Source: Patescibacteria group bacterium
GTDB lineage: Bacteria; Patescibacteriota; Minisyncoccia; UBA6257; UBA11618
Length of the DNA stretch: 58,468 nucleotides
Reading direction: 5' to 3'
Assembly: GCA_043822345.1 (NCBI GenBank)
Contig: JBDRBW010000009.1
Span: 1 to 58,468 of the forward strand
Below the pieces are notes generated by a model, which saw only the letters and a list, made by a program, of their open reading frames with translations, was not told where the DNA came from and ran no database searches. The translations under genes and the position numbers were made by a program. Below are positions 17,560 to 28,373 of the stretch, in pieces (position 1 is the first letter of the stretch; the number at the start of each line of letters is the position of its first letter).

Positions 17560-19431
17560 TTATTTTTTGTCCTTATCTTTAACATCGCCTCGGGCAAAAA
17601 TGCTCGCCACGTATTGCAAAACATCACTAGCCGATTCTTCATCGTAACCATAGTCCCTTATCAGTCGCGCCTTCACCACGTCAATTTTTTCTTGAGTTTC
17701 GGTGTCAACTGTATGGGAAACAATGGAAGTCATCTTGATACTGTCTTTACCATCCTCAAAAAGCTTCATCTCTAATGCCTTTTGCAAACGCTCATTCTTT
17801 CTAAAATCAAACTTTTGGCCAGATAATGCTTGCGCGCCGATAAAGTTCATTAACTCCCCACGAAATGCGTCTTTGCGACTTTCCGGAATATCAATCTTCT
17901 CTTCAATAGAGCGCATCAATTGCTCATCCGGCTCATCGTCTGCGCCGGTAAATTTATTTTTTACCTTTTCTTTTTGGGTATAGGCCCGCACATTATCAAC
18001 ATAATTGCCCGCCAACCGAGCCATTGCCTGTTCGTCGGCGGAAATCGCCCGCTGAACCTCTTTTTTCACCATATCCGTGTACTCTTCTTTCACGGCGGCA
18101 ATCAAAGCCACAAAATCCTTTTTCTGGGCATCACTGGTAATCAAACTATACCTGTCCAAACCTAGTTCCAATTCATTAAGCACCATAAAGGGATTCAGAG
18201 AATGAGCATCGGCGTTAACCGTCAAGGCATCGGAAATCCTATCCTGAACATAACGGGGAGAAATACCATCCATACCTTCGCCTTTGGCTTCTTTTCGCAT
18301 TTCCTCAACTTTGTCGGTGGTGAAGCCGGGTAATGTCTGCCCATTGTATAACTTCAATTTCTGCATTGGAGACAATTGGGGGTCGGTAGGTTTTTGTAAG
18401 CGTGTTAGGACTGCCCACATCGCCGCCGTTTCCAGAGTATGGGGAGCGACATGCTTACCAGTTTTCTCGGTGGTATAATTTTTTTCATAAATTTTCATCT
18501 CTTGCGCTAAGCAGGTGTTATAAGGAACGTCCACCTTAACGGTTCGATCTTGAAGGGCCTGCATAAATTCATTTTGCGCCAATTTTTTAAATTCTGGCGG
18601 ATTAGTATGGCCAGTAATTACCAAATCAATATCTGTTTGAGAAAACTTTTTGGGTTTAATCTTGTGTTCTTGGGAAGCTCCCAACAAATCGTACAAGAAC
18701 GCCACATCTAGCTTGAGCACCTCAATAAACTCAATAATGCCACGATTAGCAACTTGAAATTCACCGTCAAAGTTGAAAGCGCGTGGATCAGAATCCCTGC
18801 CAAATTCCACGATGCGGCGATAATTCATATCGCCGGTCAGTTCGGTGGAGTCCTGGTTTTTTTCATCTTTAGGTTGAAAAGTGCCGATGCCTACCCGATC
18901 TTGTTCGGATAACAGCAACCGATAAACTTGCGTTTCCTCGGTAATTAAGCGGGCGAAATCACCCTCATATTTTTCCAATAACCGTTGAAATACCGATCGG
19001 CAAGCCGGGCAAAGCTCACCGTTCACCGTTATTTTTCCAACAAGTCCCAGTGAGCTCAAAAACTCCGCGCGCATTTCCAGTGGAATTAAATGAAGTGGTT
19101 CTTCGCGCATCGGGCAATCAACCCACAAGCTGTCTTCTAACCGCGCCGCCCGCTGTTCCGTACCGTAATAGGCCTCTCTTTTCCAACGAAAAGAATAAAG
19201 ACAACCTTCATTAATTCGCGAATAATGCTCTAATCCTCGTTTCAACAAACGCACAATAGTGCTTTTAGCGCTACCTACCGGGCCATGCAGTAACAAAACT
19301 CGCTTCTCTGCGCCAAAGCCCTTACTGGCCGCCCTTAATACTCGCATCAGATTTGCCAAAGGCAATTCAATGCCATACACCGCATCTTCAACGCCATCAG
19401 TGGGTTCGCAGAAGAAGCGATAAGTTATCAC
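17560..19431 (-). CDS. prkA: PrkA/YeaG serine protein kinase, main (C-terminal) segment
   Basis: Walker [10 protein letters not shown]. The PrkA-like sequence runs throughout. GTG start at 19431. Confidence 0.9.
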   Translation of the reverse strand: MITYRFFCEPTDGVEDAVYGIELPLANLMRVLRAASKGFGAEKRVLLLHGPVGSAKSTIVRLLKRGLEHYSRINEGCLYSFRWKREAYYGTEQRAARLEDSLWVDCPMREEPLHLIPLEMRAEFLSSLGLVGKITVNGELCPACRSVFQRLLEKYEGDFARLITEETQVYRLLLSEQDRVGIGTFQPKDEKNQDSTELTGDMNYRRIVEFGRDSDPRAFNFDGEFQVANRGIIEFIEVLKLDVAFLYDLLGASQEHKIKPKKFSQTDIDLVITGHTNPPEFKKLAQNEFMQALQDRTVKVDVPYNTCLAQEMKIYEKNYTTEKTGKHVAPHTLETAAMWAVLTRLQKPTDPQLSPMQKLKLYNGQTLPGFTTDKVEEMRKEAKGEGMDGISPRYVQDRISDALTVNADAHSLNPFMVLNELELGLDRYSLITSDAQKKDFVALIAAVKEEYTDMVKKEVQRAISADEQAMARLAGNYVDNVRAYTQKEKVKNKFTGADDEPDEQLMRSIEEKIDIPESRKDAFRGELMNFIGAQALSGQKFDFRKNERLQKALEMKLFEDGKDSIKMTSIVSHTVDTETQEKIDVVKARLIRDYGYDEESASDVLQYVASIFARGDVKDKDKK

Positions 19432-19622
19432 ATCTTCTTTGCCATGCGCTGGGGATACGTACCAGCGCTTAAAATCATGTCATAAAGACGTTGAAAAGCA
19501 TTACGAGTGACATCCGAATTCTCGATTACAATCTGCAAATAATCATCAAAAGTACCCGTCCAGGTAACACCCTGATGCTGTTTAGCATAACGCGCCGCCG
19601 TCGTCTGAAGTAGTTCGTTCAT
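19428..19622 (-). CDS. prkA: PrkA N-terminal segment in a different frame
   Basis: W.GTF..YL.I...V...[10 protein letters not shown] resembles the PrkA N-terminus. The TGA stop overlaps the downstream GTG (GTGA). Confidence 0.75.
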   Translation of the reverse strand: MNELLQTTAARYAKQHQGVTWTGTFDDYLQIVIENSDVTRNAFQRLYDMILSAGTYPQRMAKKM

Positions 19623-19678
19623 TACTACCTCCCTTTCTTATTTAGGGATTATCAAAGTGCCACTTCCGCTTTATTATA

Positions 19679-20080
19679 CTATGGAACATCCTGCCAAGAG
19701 TCAATGGTTATTTTACCGGTGACGATATCAATGGTTAAACTAATTTCGGTTTTGCGAATTACCACGCCAACAGCTGATGAGATAGTTATTAGGCGGCTAT
19801 CGCCGCCCTCGTTGGTAACGGTGTAATAACAGGTGTTGTTTTCTAGAGTAAAACTATCACTACCGGTATAACTAGGGACCTGCTTGATAAACAACAACGC
19901 CTTTTCCGCGCAACCAAGATTGAGCGCTGTTGCCTCCGATGATTGGCGGGCGCTCACCACTCCTTTAAAGGAGTTTAAACTGATTAGAATAAGCGACCCG
20001 GCAATAACTAGACCGACAATGCCGATAGTGATGACGGTGGCCAGTAAAACTTGGCCGTTATTGTAACGAAGCTGAAACAT
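19679..20080 (-). CDS. pilus-associated minor pilin-like protein (PilX-like)
   Basis: N-terminal hydrophobic helix without a clear G/F cleavage motif. Last gene of the pilin cluster. Confidence 0.45.
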   Translation of the reverse strand: MFQLRYNNGQVLLATVITIGIVGLVIAGSLILISLNSFKGVVSARQSSEATALNLGCAEKALLFIKQVPSYTGSDSFTLENNTCYYTVTNEGGDSRLITISSAVGVVIRKTEISLTIDIVTGKITIDSWQDVP

Positions 20081-20531
20081 AAAAATTTCTAGAAAGCGGG
20101 CCGCTGACTAGGGTAAACTCCGCTTTTATTGAACCGGGGGTGCCGGAACGGGAAACGTTTTGAAATAACACCGAGGAGACGGTGATGTTTTCCGAGACCA
20201 AGGCGATTTCCACGCCACCCCCCTCTTTTATAGTAAGGGCGCCGTTATTAAATTGAAAGATGGTTGGACTTTTTGCGCTGTCGTCAACCGTTAAAGATAA
20301 AGTTGAGCTGGCTGATCCCAATGAGGGAAAATTAATATCATCAGCATTACGAATAACACGGGTTATTATTTGCGCTACCCGTCCACCTTCCACTAAAACT
20401 AGATTGGCGTCGGCGCCTCTAACCCGCGCGTCCACACTGAAAAACATCAATGCCGCCGCGATGGGAATAATGATAACCACTAACCCTAAATAAATCACTG
20501 TTTCTATCAGGGATATTCCTTTGTTATTCAT
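20058..20531 (-). CDS. prepilin-type N-terminal cleavage/methylation domain protein
   Basis: MNNKG|ISLIETVIYLGLVV has the class III signal-peptide pattern with Glu+5. Confidence 0.7.
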   Translation of the reverse strand: MNNKGISLIETVIYLGLVVIIIPIAAALMFFSVDARVRGADANLVLVEGGRVAQIITRVIRNADDINFPSLGSASSTLSLTVDDSAKSPTIFQFNNGALTIKEGGGVEIALVSENITVSSVLFQNVSRSGTPGSIKAEFTLVSGPLSRNFYVSASLQ

Positions 20532-21954
20532 AGATAAGTTCCGGAGCGACTATTTGTATCTCCGGATTAGAGGTGAGGCCGACAAACATCTTCTGCGCCA
20601 ATGGGCTATAATCGGCCTGCGAGGGCGAACCATTGAGATCAGTCAACGACAGAAGAAAGGGCGCCAATTCATTGGAAACATCCCAAATCTGAAAATCTTT
20701 AGCGGTATCGCCAGTAAGCAGAAACGCCAATCTATCGGTTGAAGCAAAAGAGATGTGATTGACATCGGCCGAGCTGTCGCCGACATCGGCGGTGGACAAC
20801 AAAATCGGCGCCGCTGGATTATTAACGCTACCGATAAACAATTCGGAATCATTATTGTCGCCGCTACAACCGATATAAAAGCGGTTATCTACTTCATCTA
20901 AGCTAAGCGCCTCATCGCATCCCGGCAAACTTAAAACAGCAATCTCATTAGGCAAAGTTGGCTCGCTGATATCAACCACCCTTAAAGTTCCATCGCCGGC
21001 GGCGATAAAAACATCGCTTCCAGCAACCACTAAGTCATTGATATCGGGACTACCCGGTAAGAAAATCTGCCCAATTAAAACTGGATTACTAAGAACGGCG
21101 ATATTAAAGACATAAACTCCGCCGCCAACTCTACCAACTATTAGCAGATTACCATCGTCATTTACGCCATTACTCAAAGCATCGTCGTTGCCACTCAAAT
21201 CAAAATAATTAACAAAACTAGGGTAGCTAATGTTAGAAAAGTTAACAATTTGCAACTCTCTGTCATTAGCGCTGGAAGCAATAAAGGCAAAATTTTGAAA
21301 GATTGATATATCATAACTACTACCGGTTAAATCGACTGTTCCTTTGATGAATAACTGTGGCGCTTTGGAGATGTCAAATATCAAAAACTCTTTGCCGGCG
21401 CTTTGGTCATTGCCGATAAATAAAAAATTACCTTTGGCCAAGACCGACCTAACTTTGTGATTATTAGAGCCGCTATTTTGGGCGGTCATATCAAAATCAC
21501 CATCATATTGGGGACTGGTCCAATCCTCAACGGTCGCCAGCCAGTTTCTAAACTCGGTGGCTAATTTCACATCCTCTCCATCCAACCAACTAACCGCAAC
21601 CTCTATCTGACGCCGATTAGTGTCCGGAGAGAAAATAATAATTTCCCGCTGGAAAAAATCATCAATCGTTTCCACCACCCCCAGTGCCAATGACCATTGG
21701 CCATCAACTAAAGCTAATCCATAACTGCCATCTTCCAAATCAAAAAAATTGGCGGTTCTGATGTTACGTACCGCTTCAATACCCTCGGTTGCCAAACTGG
21801 TTGCTCGGCTGATGTTAGCGGAACGGGCGCTGACCTGGTGGCTATAGATTATTTCGCCGGTAATTACTACCACGGCCAAAGCAACGACTGCTAGCACAAT
21901 TATTCCCTCCAAGAGTGAAAAACCTTTATTCATAAGAAACCGATCCTTGTTCAT
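20524..21954 (-). CDS. prepilin-type protein fused to LVIVD-like beta-propeller
   Basis: MNKG|FSLLEGIIVLAVV (the alternative start at 21933 gives a short leader). At least six repeats fit the pattern FIA..D..L.I.D.S.P..P. Confidence 0.7.
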   Translation of the reverse strand: MNKDRFLMNKGFSLLEGIIVLAVVALAVVVITGEIIYSHQVSARSANISRATSLATEGIEAVRNIRTANFFDLEDGSYGLALVDGQWSLALGVVETIDDFFQREIIIFSPDTNRRQIEVAVSWLDGEDVKLATEFRNWLATVEDWTSPQYDGDFDMTAQNSGSNNHKVRSVLAKGNFLFIGNDQSAGKEFLIFDISKAPQLFIKGTVDLTGSSYDISIFQNFAFIASSANDRELQIVNFSNISYPSFVNYFDLSGNDDALSNGVNDDGNLLIVGRVGGGVYVFNIAVLSNPVLIGQIFLPGSPDINDLVVAGSDVFIAAGDGTLRVVDISEPTLPNEIAVLSLPGCDEALSLDEVDNRFYIGCSGDNNDSELFIGSVNNPAAPILLSTADVGDSSADVNHISFASTDRLAFLLTGDTAKDFQIWDVSNELAPFLLSLTDLNGSPSQADYSPLAQKMFVGLTSNPEIQIVAPELIYE

Positions 21955-22378
21955 TAATGGTTATTATTTTAAAGCGGTTGAATTCGTTGGTTAAAATAAC
22001 TTCCCCTATTTGTTGGGGCAGGCCGGTAAATTTGAAAAAAATTAATTCGTTAATGCCAATAGATGAAATATTTGAAGGAACAGTAAAAATCTGGTCTAAA
22101 CTCTGCTCGCGATTGGTAAAATCAGTTCCGGAAAAAACAATAATGCGGCCAGTGGCAATATGAACGCCCCAGTCAGAGCCCTGTTCACCGGAACGAGCTA
22201 GAGTTTGCGCCTGATTAAGCCCCTGCGCCACTGCGTCGGTCGCCACCGCCAAGTTGTTAGTTGAGCCAAAACCGCGATAAGAAGGCACAATAATTACCAC
22301 CACCGCAATCAGAATCGCCACCACTATAATAACTTCAAATAAAGAAAAACCAGATGACCTCATGCTTGTATTATACAT
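21926..22378 (-). CDS. prepilin-type protein (GspH/FimT-like minor pilin)
   Basis: MRSSG|FSLFEVIIVVAILIAVV. Confidence 0.75.
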   Translation of the reverse strand: MYNTSMRSSGFSLFEVIIVVAILIAVVVIIVPSYRGFGSTNNLAVATDAVAQGLNQAQTLARSGEQGSDWGVHIATGRIIVFSGTDFTNREQSLDQIFTVPSNISSIGINELIFFKFTGLPQQIGEVILTNEFNRFKIITINEQGSVSYE

Positions 22379-22394
22379 TAATTTATACTATAAT
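22366..22394 (+). promoter_or_regulatory. sigma70-like promoter
   Basis: TTGTAT (22366-22371), a 17-nt spacer, then TATAAT (22389-22394). Divergent from the pilin operon. Confidence 0.5.
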
Positions 22395-22441
22395 GGCAGT
22401 ACTTGAACCTTGACAATCCCCTATCTCGAAAGGAAAAAGCG

Positions 22442-22783
22442 ATGGCTATTAGTTACAGCAACACTTACGGACCAAAGTTTGAGGTTGGCGATGTGATTAC
22501 TTGGGTAAACGCAAAGCCATTTTGGCCTCGGCGTCTGCCCAACACATTCATCATACACGCCGTCATTAACAACGATCCCCTAATGTGCGCTTGCGGTAAA
22601 AAACACTCATATAAAAAGAAAGCTTCTCGCCACCGTGGACCAATTCCCAACCAGTGGCTCATCGTCGCTTCTCTGGATGGAGACATTATTTTACGCGGTT
22701 GGTTCGGTGATAAAACAAAACCGACTATGTTTGCATCCGATTGGTTTGTTAAATGCAAACCAAAAAACGGGGGTGTGGGATGA
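22442..22783 (+). CDS. hypothetical protein
   Basis: ATG after AGGAAAAAG. ATGA overlap with the next ORF. Confidence 0.5.
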   Translation: MAISYSNTYGPKFEVGDVITWVNAKPFWPRRLPNTFIIHAVINNDPLMCACGKKHSYKKKASRHRGPIPNQWLIVASLDGDIILRGWFGDKTKPTMFASDWFVKCKPKNGGVG

Positions 22784-23340
22784 ACTGTATCACTGTCCAA
22801 GAATTTATTGACGCGTTGCCGGAAATGCTTCGTGACCAAACTGAACTTTATGCTGTTTTTCTCACTTACAAAGAAGTTGCTGGCCACAAAAACGGTCCAG
22901 TTGACACCGGTAAACCTGGCTTGAATATTTCTGTTCACAATGGTTTTCTCGCATATAGCCCAATCTCGCCTGATTTTGTAATTTCTACCGAAGATATGGA
23001 GAAACAAGCTCTAGTAGCCCAAGTCGCAGCCGAGTCCGACTCCCAAGATACCCTCAAGGAGTTGAGAGGTAACAATTTAATGTTTGTGATTTACCTCGGC
23101 CTGGTCGCATTCGACCAAGCTCTTGAGAATGCACTTCAAATTCGTCAGGATTTCCCTAACGCAAAAATTATTACTGTTACCTGTGATTGCGACGATACGA
23201 GAAAGAAAAAAGCTCTTGCTCCCCTCTTCGAACAAGGTTTGATTAATTTTGTGATTATGGACTATGCCTGTGGCGGAATAGGATCAATGAGAAACATTCT
23301 TCACGCGCTTATTGACGCATGGCCAAATCAAAATACCTAA
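22780..23340 (+). CDS. hypothetical protein
   Basis: Starts MNCITVQEF. Coupled to the upstream ORF. No motif recognised. Confidence 0.55.
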   Translation: MNCITVQEFIDALPEMLRDQTELYAVFLTYKEVAGHKNGPVDTGKPGLNISVHNGFLAYSPISPDFVISTEDMEKQALVAQVAAESDSQDTLKELRGNNLMFVIYLGLVAFDQALENALQIRQDFPNAKIITVTCDCDDTRKKKALAPLFEQGLINFVIMDYACGGIGSMRNILHALIDAWPNQNT

Positions 23341-23352
23341 AATATAACAACA

Positions 23353-23377
23353 ACCCCTGAAATATGGGGTTTTTTTA
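23353..23377 (+). terminator. intrinsic terminator
   Basis: Stem acccc-tgaaatat-ggggt plus a T run. Confidence 0.7.
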
Positions 23378-23387
23378 GTAAATAAAT

Positions 23388-23412
23388 AAACGGTCGCCTA
23401 AGGCGACCGTTT
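23388..23412. terminator. AAACGG..CCGTTT hairpin (shared family)
   Basis: aaacggtcgcc-taa-ggcgaccgttt. Essentially the same hairpin occurs at 38601 and 57466. Confidence 0.65.
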
Positions 23413-23434
23413 ATTTATTTGGCTAAAATGCGTT

Positions 23435-24820
23435 TTAAGTAGTAGGGGTAATTAAGCTATTTTGTTTATTTTTGAATACAAAGAAGAAGAAAGTTACTGA
23501 ACAAACAATCAGTCCCGGTAAGAAAGCGTAGTTGGGAATAAATGGCAAACTAACGAGAGTAGCAATAAATCCAAGCAGTATACTCCAGAAAGCTGCTTTT
23601 TCATTAACTCTCTTCCAAAGTAGCCCTCCTAAAATAGCGGGTGCAAAAATAAGAAGCATCTGTACCGAAGTTACACTTAATCTAACAATACTTGGTATTG
23701 CAAAAGCAACCATCAACCCAATAAGACCGAATAACAAGGCTGTCAGCCGACCTATTCTCAACGTTTTCTTAGCATCGGTTTGAGGATGATGAACTAAATA
23801 AAAATCTTTAGTTAATGTAGCCGAGCCAACCATTATCATACTATCTACCGTAGACATTAGTATGGCAAAGATACTAGCAAAGCCAAGTCCTAGCAATCCT
23901 GTAGGCAAGATTTTAGCCATAAGGGCAAAGATAGCTGAGTCTGCCTCAACGCCGGGTACTAAACGCAATGCCATAAAACCAATAATCATTGATGCCGAGA
24001 TTACAATCACCTTTAATACTCCTGTTAAGTAAAAGGCCATTCTAGCCGTTTTAGCACTATTGGCGGCAAAAATCCTTTGCCACACATCCATACTGGTAAC
24101 AAGCAAAGCAAATCCCAAAATAACTGAAGCGTAAAAGAAAACTGGGCCGGCAAAGTTATAAGGACTGAGAAACTCTGGTGGAACCGAACTAAACAAGTCT
24201 CCTAGGCTAATAATGCTAAACCCTTTTACTAAAAGAAAGATAAAAACCGGAAACATTACAAAAAATTGGATAGCATCTGTATAAAAATCTCCCTTAATCC
24301 CAGCGAGAACGGTGTAAACTATTGTAACTAGTGCGGTAGCTACAAGAGCGGTATAAAAGTTAACGTTAGTAACGACTTCAATTAAACGAGCAAAAGCAAC
24401 AAACTGAATAGCTGTCAAAAAGAAAAAAGATAATAAAGTTACGGCACCGCCAATTATTCTCGTTCGATGTGAAAAACGAGACTCCCAAAAGTCTCCTAGG
24501 GTGTATGCTTTATTTCTATCTGCCCAAACTTTAATACGAGGAGCCAGATAACCGATTAACCACCAGCCAAGAGCTGACATAACTATAAAGCTAAGTGCGA
24601 ATGATATACCCGTGGTATAAGCGGCACTAGCTACTCCGAGAACCGTACCAGCCCCAACACTAGTTGATAGAGAGGTAAAAATTAGTAGAAAAAGCTTTGT
24701 CTTTCTATTGTTTACAAAAAAGCCATCAGTGTCCTCTTTTCTACTAATAAATAAACCAAATCCTAAAATAGAGAGAAGATAAATGACTATTATGGCGATA
24801 TCCAAGCCAGCTATTTGCAT
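23435..24820 (-). CDS. sodium:solute symporter family transporter
   Basis: About 13 TM segments. AGIKGDFYTDAIQFFVM resembles the SSS signature. Confidence 0.85.
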   Translation of the reverse strand: MQIAGLDIAIIVIYLLSILGFGLFISRKEDTDGFFVNNRKTKLFLLIFTSLSTSVGAGTVLGVASAAYTTGISFALSFIVMSALGWWLIGYLAPRIKVWADRNKAYTLGDFWESRFSHRTRIIGGAVTLLSFFFLTAIQFVAFARLIEVVTNVNFYTALVATALVTIVYTVLAGIKGDFYTDAIQFFVMFPVFIFLLVKGFSIISLGDLFSSVPPEFLSPYNFAGPVFFYASVILGFALLVTSMDVWQRIFAANSAKTARMAFYLTGVLKVIVISASMIIGFMALRLVPGVEADSAIFALMAKILPTGLLGLGFASIFAILMSTVDSMIMVGSATLTKDFYLVHHPQTDAKKTLRIGRLTALLFGLIGLMVAFAIPSIVRLSVTSVQMLLIFAPAILGGLLWKRVNEKAAFWSILLGFIATLVSLPFIPNYAFLPGLIVCSVTFFFFVFKNKQNSLITPTT

Positions 24821-24928
24821 TTTTTAATAATATATTTTCTAAATTATTTTTTCAAGAAAAAGATTCTCGTAATCGCACACGACTATCCAAAGAACCATCC
24901 CGTGACTAAGTTAAAAGTCTTATAAAAT

Positions 24929-24956
24929 TAAACGGCTCATAGGGGTGAGCCGTTTA
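24929..24956. terminator. AAACGG..CCGTTT hairpin (shared family)
   Basis: taaacggctca-tagggg-tgagccgttta, identical in core to 10176-10201. Confidence 0.6.
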
Positions 24957-24984
24957 ATTATTTACCTTATTTTACTAACTTCTA

Positions 24985-25205
24985 GAGAGAAAACCCCAAT
25001 CACTTTTCAATTCAACAGACTAAAGGCGAAGCGCCTTACTTAGCGAATTGACGAGATGAGGATAAATTTCTCTAGAAAAACAAGCTGTTTGAGTTCCAAT
25101 CTTTGATTGGGCGAGTTCTTGTTTTTCTTAGAAATTTATTTGAAGCGAGGAAAATGAGCTTAGTAATAAAGCGGTCTGTTGAATGAAAAGTGATTGGGTT
25201 TTCTC
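24985..25205. repeat. large composite hairpin element, family D copy 2 (candidate structured RNA in the groEL 3' region)
   Basis: An imperfect outer stem of about 30 bp (24985-25020 / 25174-25205). It shares blocks with 2337-2655: agactaaaggcgaagcgc.ttacttagc, gaaaaacaagctgtttgagt, gagttcttgtttttctta and gcttagtaataaagcggtct. Confidence 0.7.
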
Positions 25206-25209
25206 AACC

Positions 25210-26871
<1,662 letters not shown>

Positions 26872-26878
26872 TCACACA

Positions 26879-26960
26879 GTCATCCCGAGCGAGGCGTAGC
26901 CGAGTCGAGGGATCTCATCGATGAGATTTCTCCACTCGCTTTCAGCTCAGTCGAAATGAC
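26879..26960. repeat. family B palindromic element in the groES-groEL spacer
   Basis: gtcatcccgagcgagg...gagggatctcatcgatgagatttctcc...gtcgaaatgac. Confidence 0.8.
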
Positions 26961-26976
26961 AAAAGTTTTTTGACCT

Positions 26977-27267
26977 TTATTCTAAAATTGCTAATATTTC
27001 CGACTCTTCGGCGACCAAATATTTCTTCTCATCCAATTCCACCTCATCCGGTCCGTATTTTTTAAACAGCACCATATCGCCAACTTTTACCGACATTGGC
27101 ATTAATTCGCCTTTATCATTCATTTTGCCCGGTCCAACCGCCACCACCTTGCCCTTCACCGGTCTTTCTTTGTCGGCAGTATCCGGTAAAACAATCCCCG
27201 ATTTGGTCATTTTTTCTTCTTCGACTGCTTCTATAAATAAATGGTTTGATAATGGTTTGATGTTCAT
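26977..27267 (-). CDS. groS: co-chaperonin GroES
   Basis: 96 aa with a typical GroES sequence (mobile loop, VGDMVLF). Confidence 0.97.
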   Translation of the reverse strand: MNIKPLSNHLFIEAVEEEKMTKSGIVLPDTADKERPVKGKVVAVGPGKMNDKGELMPMSVKVGDMVLFKKYGPDEVELDEKKYLVAEESEILAILE

Positions 27268-27311
27268 TGATTGCTATTGTAAATAAAAACCCCCTTGGCG
27301 TCAAGAGGTGT

Positions 27312-27385
27312 TGGAGCGGACAAGGAGAATCGAACTCCCATTTCAACCTTGGGAAGGTTGTGTGTTGCCACTACACTATGCCCGC
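27312..27385 (-). tRNA. tRNA-Gly (CCC), CCA encoded
   Basis: Folded by hand: acceptor GCGGGCA/TGTCCGC, anticodon stem CAACC/GGTTG with loop TTCCCAA, T arm GGGAG-TTCGATT-CTCCT, discriminator U, then CCA. Confidence 0.9.
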
Positions 27386-27957
27386 TATTGGCGTTCTATG
27401 GCTTCGCCGGTCCAATGAAAAGTACTAGAAAAGAGATGGACTTTCGCCTGATTTTTTTTGTTTTTTAGCCAATTATCAAAGTCCCGACTTTCTTCATTAA
27501 GTTTTTCTTGTAAAATCTCTTTTTCCGCCTGTGGTATTAGAATTAAATCAACAAAATCAGGAAATTCCAGATTAAACAAGGAAACCGCCGCCGCTTCTAA
27601 TTTAGGATTTTCCAAGTATTTGTCAACCTTATCCAAGACCAACTGGCCGCCATCATCGCCGGTGAAAGCATTAAAACCCTCGGCAACAATCAATTTTTCG
27701 ATTATTTTATCCAGTGTCGCCCGCTCTAAATCTTCCTTTAATTCTTTGATTTTTTCTTCGGTGAGATCGGGAATTTCGTAGGTCTCGATCGCCTGATTAT
27801 AGTATTGTTGGGCAGAGCTGTACTCCTGTTCAAACTGCCACTGCCAAACCAGCTGGGCATTAACCAACGCCAATGGATACCAACCAGATTGCAAAGCATA
27901 AACAAGACCGGTAGCGGAAAAGATTAAGATTAGAAAGACAATGTAGAATCTACCCAT
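27385..27957 (-). CDS. hypothetical membrane-anchored protein
   Basis: N-terminal TM helix, then a helical acidic ectodomain. The stop codon shares its first base with the tRNA-Gly 5' end. Confidence 0.55.
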   Translation of the reverse strand: MGRFYIVFLILIFSATGLVYALQSGWYPLALVNAQLVWQWQFEQEYSSAQQYYNQAIETYEIPDLTEEKIKELKEDLERATLDKIIEKLIVAEGFNAFTGDDGGQLVLDKVDKYLENPKLEAAAVSLFNLEFPDFVDLILIPQAEKEILQEKLNEESRDFDNWLKNKKNQAKVHLFSSTFHWTGEAIERQ

Positions 27958-28096
27958 ATTTTGAAAAATCTAAAAACTAAAGCCCCAAACATCTAAATAA
28001 TACCCCAAAATCTAAAATATTAAACATCTAAACTTATTTTTAGTTTTTATTGTTTTAGTTTATATTTAGATTTTAGATATTTAGTGTTTAGGTTTT
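27958..28096. repeat. AT-rich ctaaa/tttag imperfect palindrome, family E copy 2
   Basis: 28011-28091 is near-identical to 4823-4909. Confidence 0.7.
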
Positions 28097-28127
28097 GTCA
28101 TCATTGTTCCTTCGGAACAATGATGAC
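28097..28127. repeat. GTCAT...ATGAC mini-hairpin
   Basis: gtcatcattgttcc-ttcg-ggaacaatgatgac is a perfect 14-bp stem. It encodes the last residues and the stop of the FtsB-like ORF. Confidence 0.5.
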
Positions 28128-28373
28128 CATTTCTTCGCCTGGAAGGGCATAGTTAAACTTAGCGCGGAGTTCTTTTTCCAGATTTTCTTGGTCGCGAAAG
28201 TATTCCACATCGGCCATCAATTGCCCATTTTCTTTGATAAGCGGATTAAGTTCGGTATTGATTTTTGCCAAATCATTTTCTAAATCCAGTTTCTGACAAT
28301 AGAGATTATAGAGGGCGAATCCTAAAGCAAGAATGCCGATGATAATGATAGTAATAATAATATATTTCATCAA
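28101..28373 (-). CDS. FtsB/DivIC-like septum formation initiator
   Basis: 90 aa: N-terminal TM, a coiled coil, and the typical ...LGYALPGE-like end (FNYALPGEEMV). Confidence 0.65.
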   Translation of the reverse strand: MMKYIIITIIIIGILALGFALYNLYCQKLDLENDLAKINTELNPLIKENGQLMADVEYFRDQENLEKELRAKFNYALPGEEMVIIVPKEQ

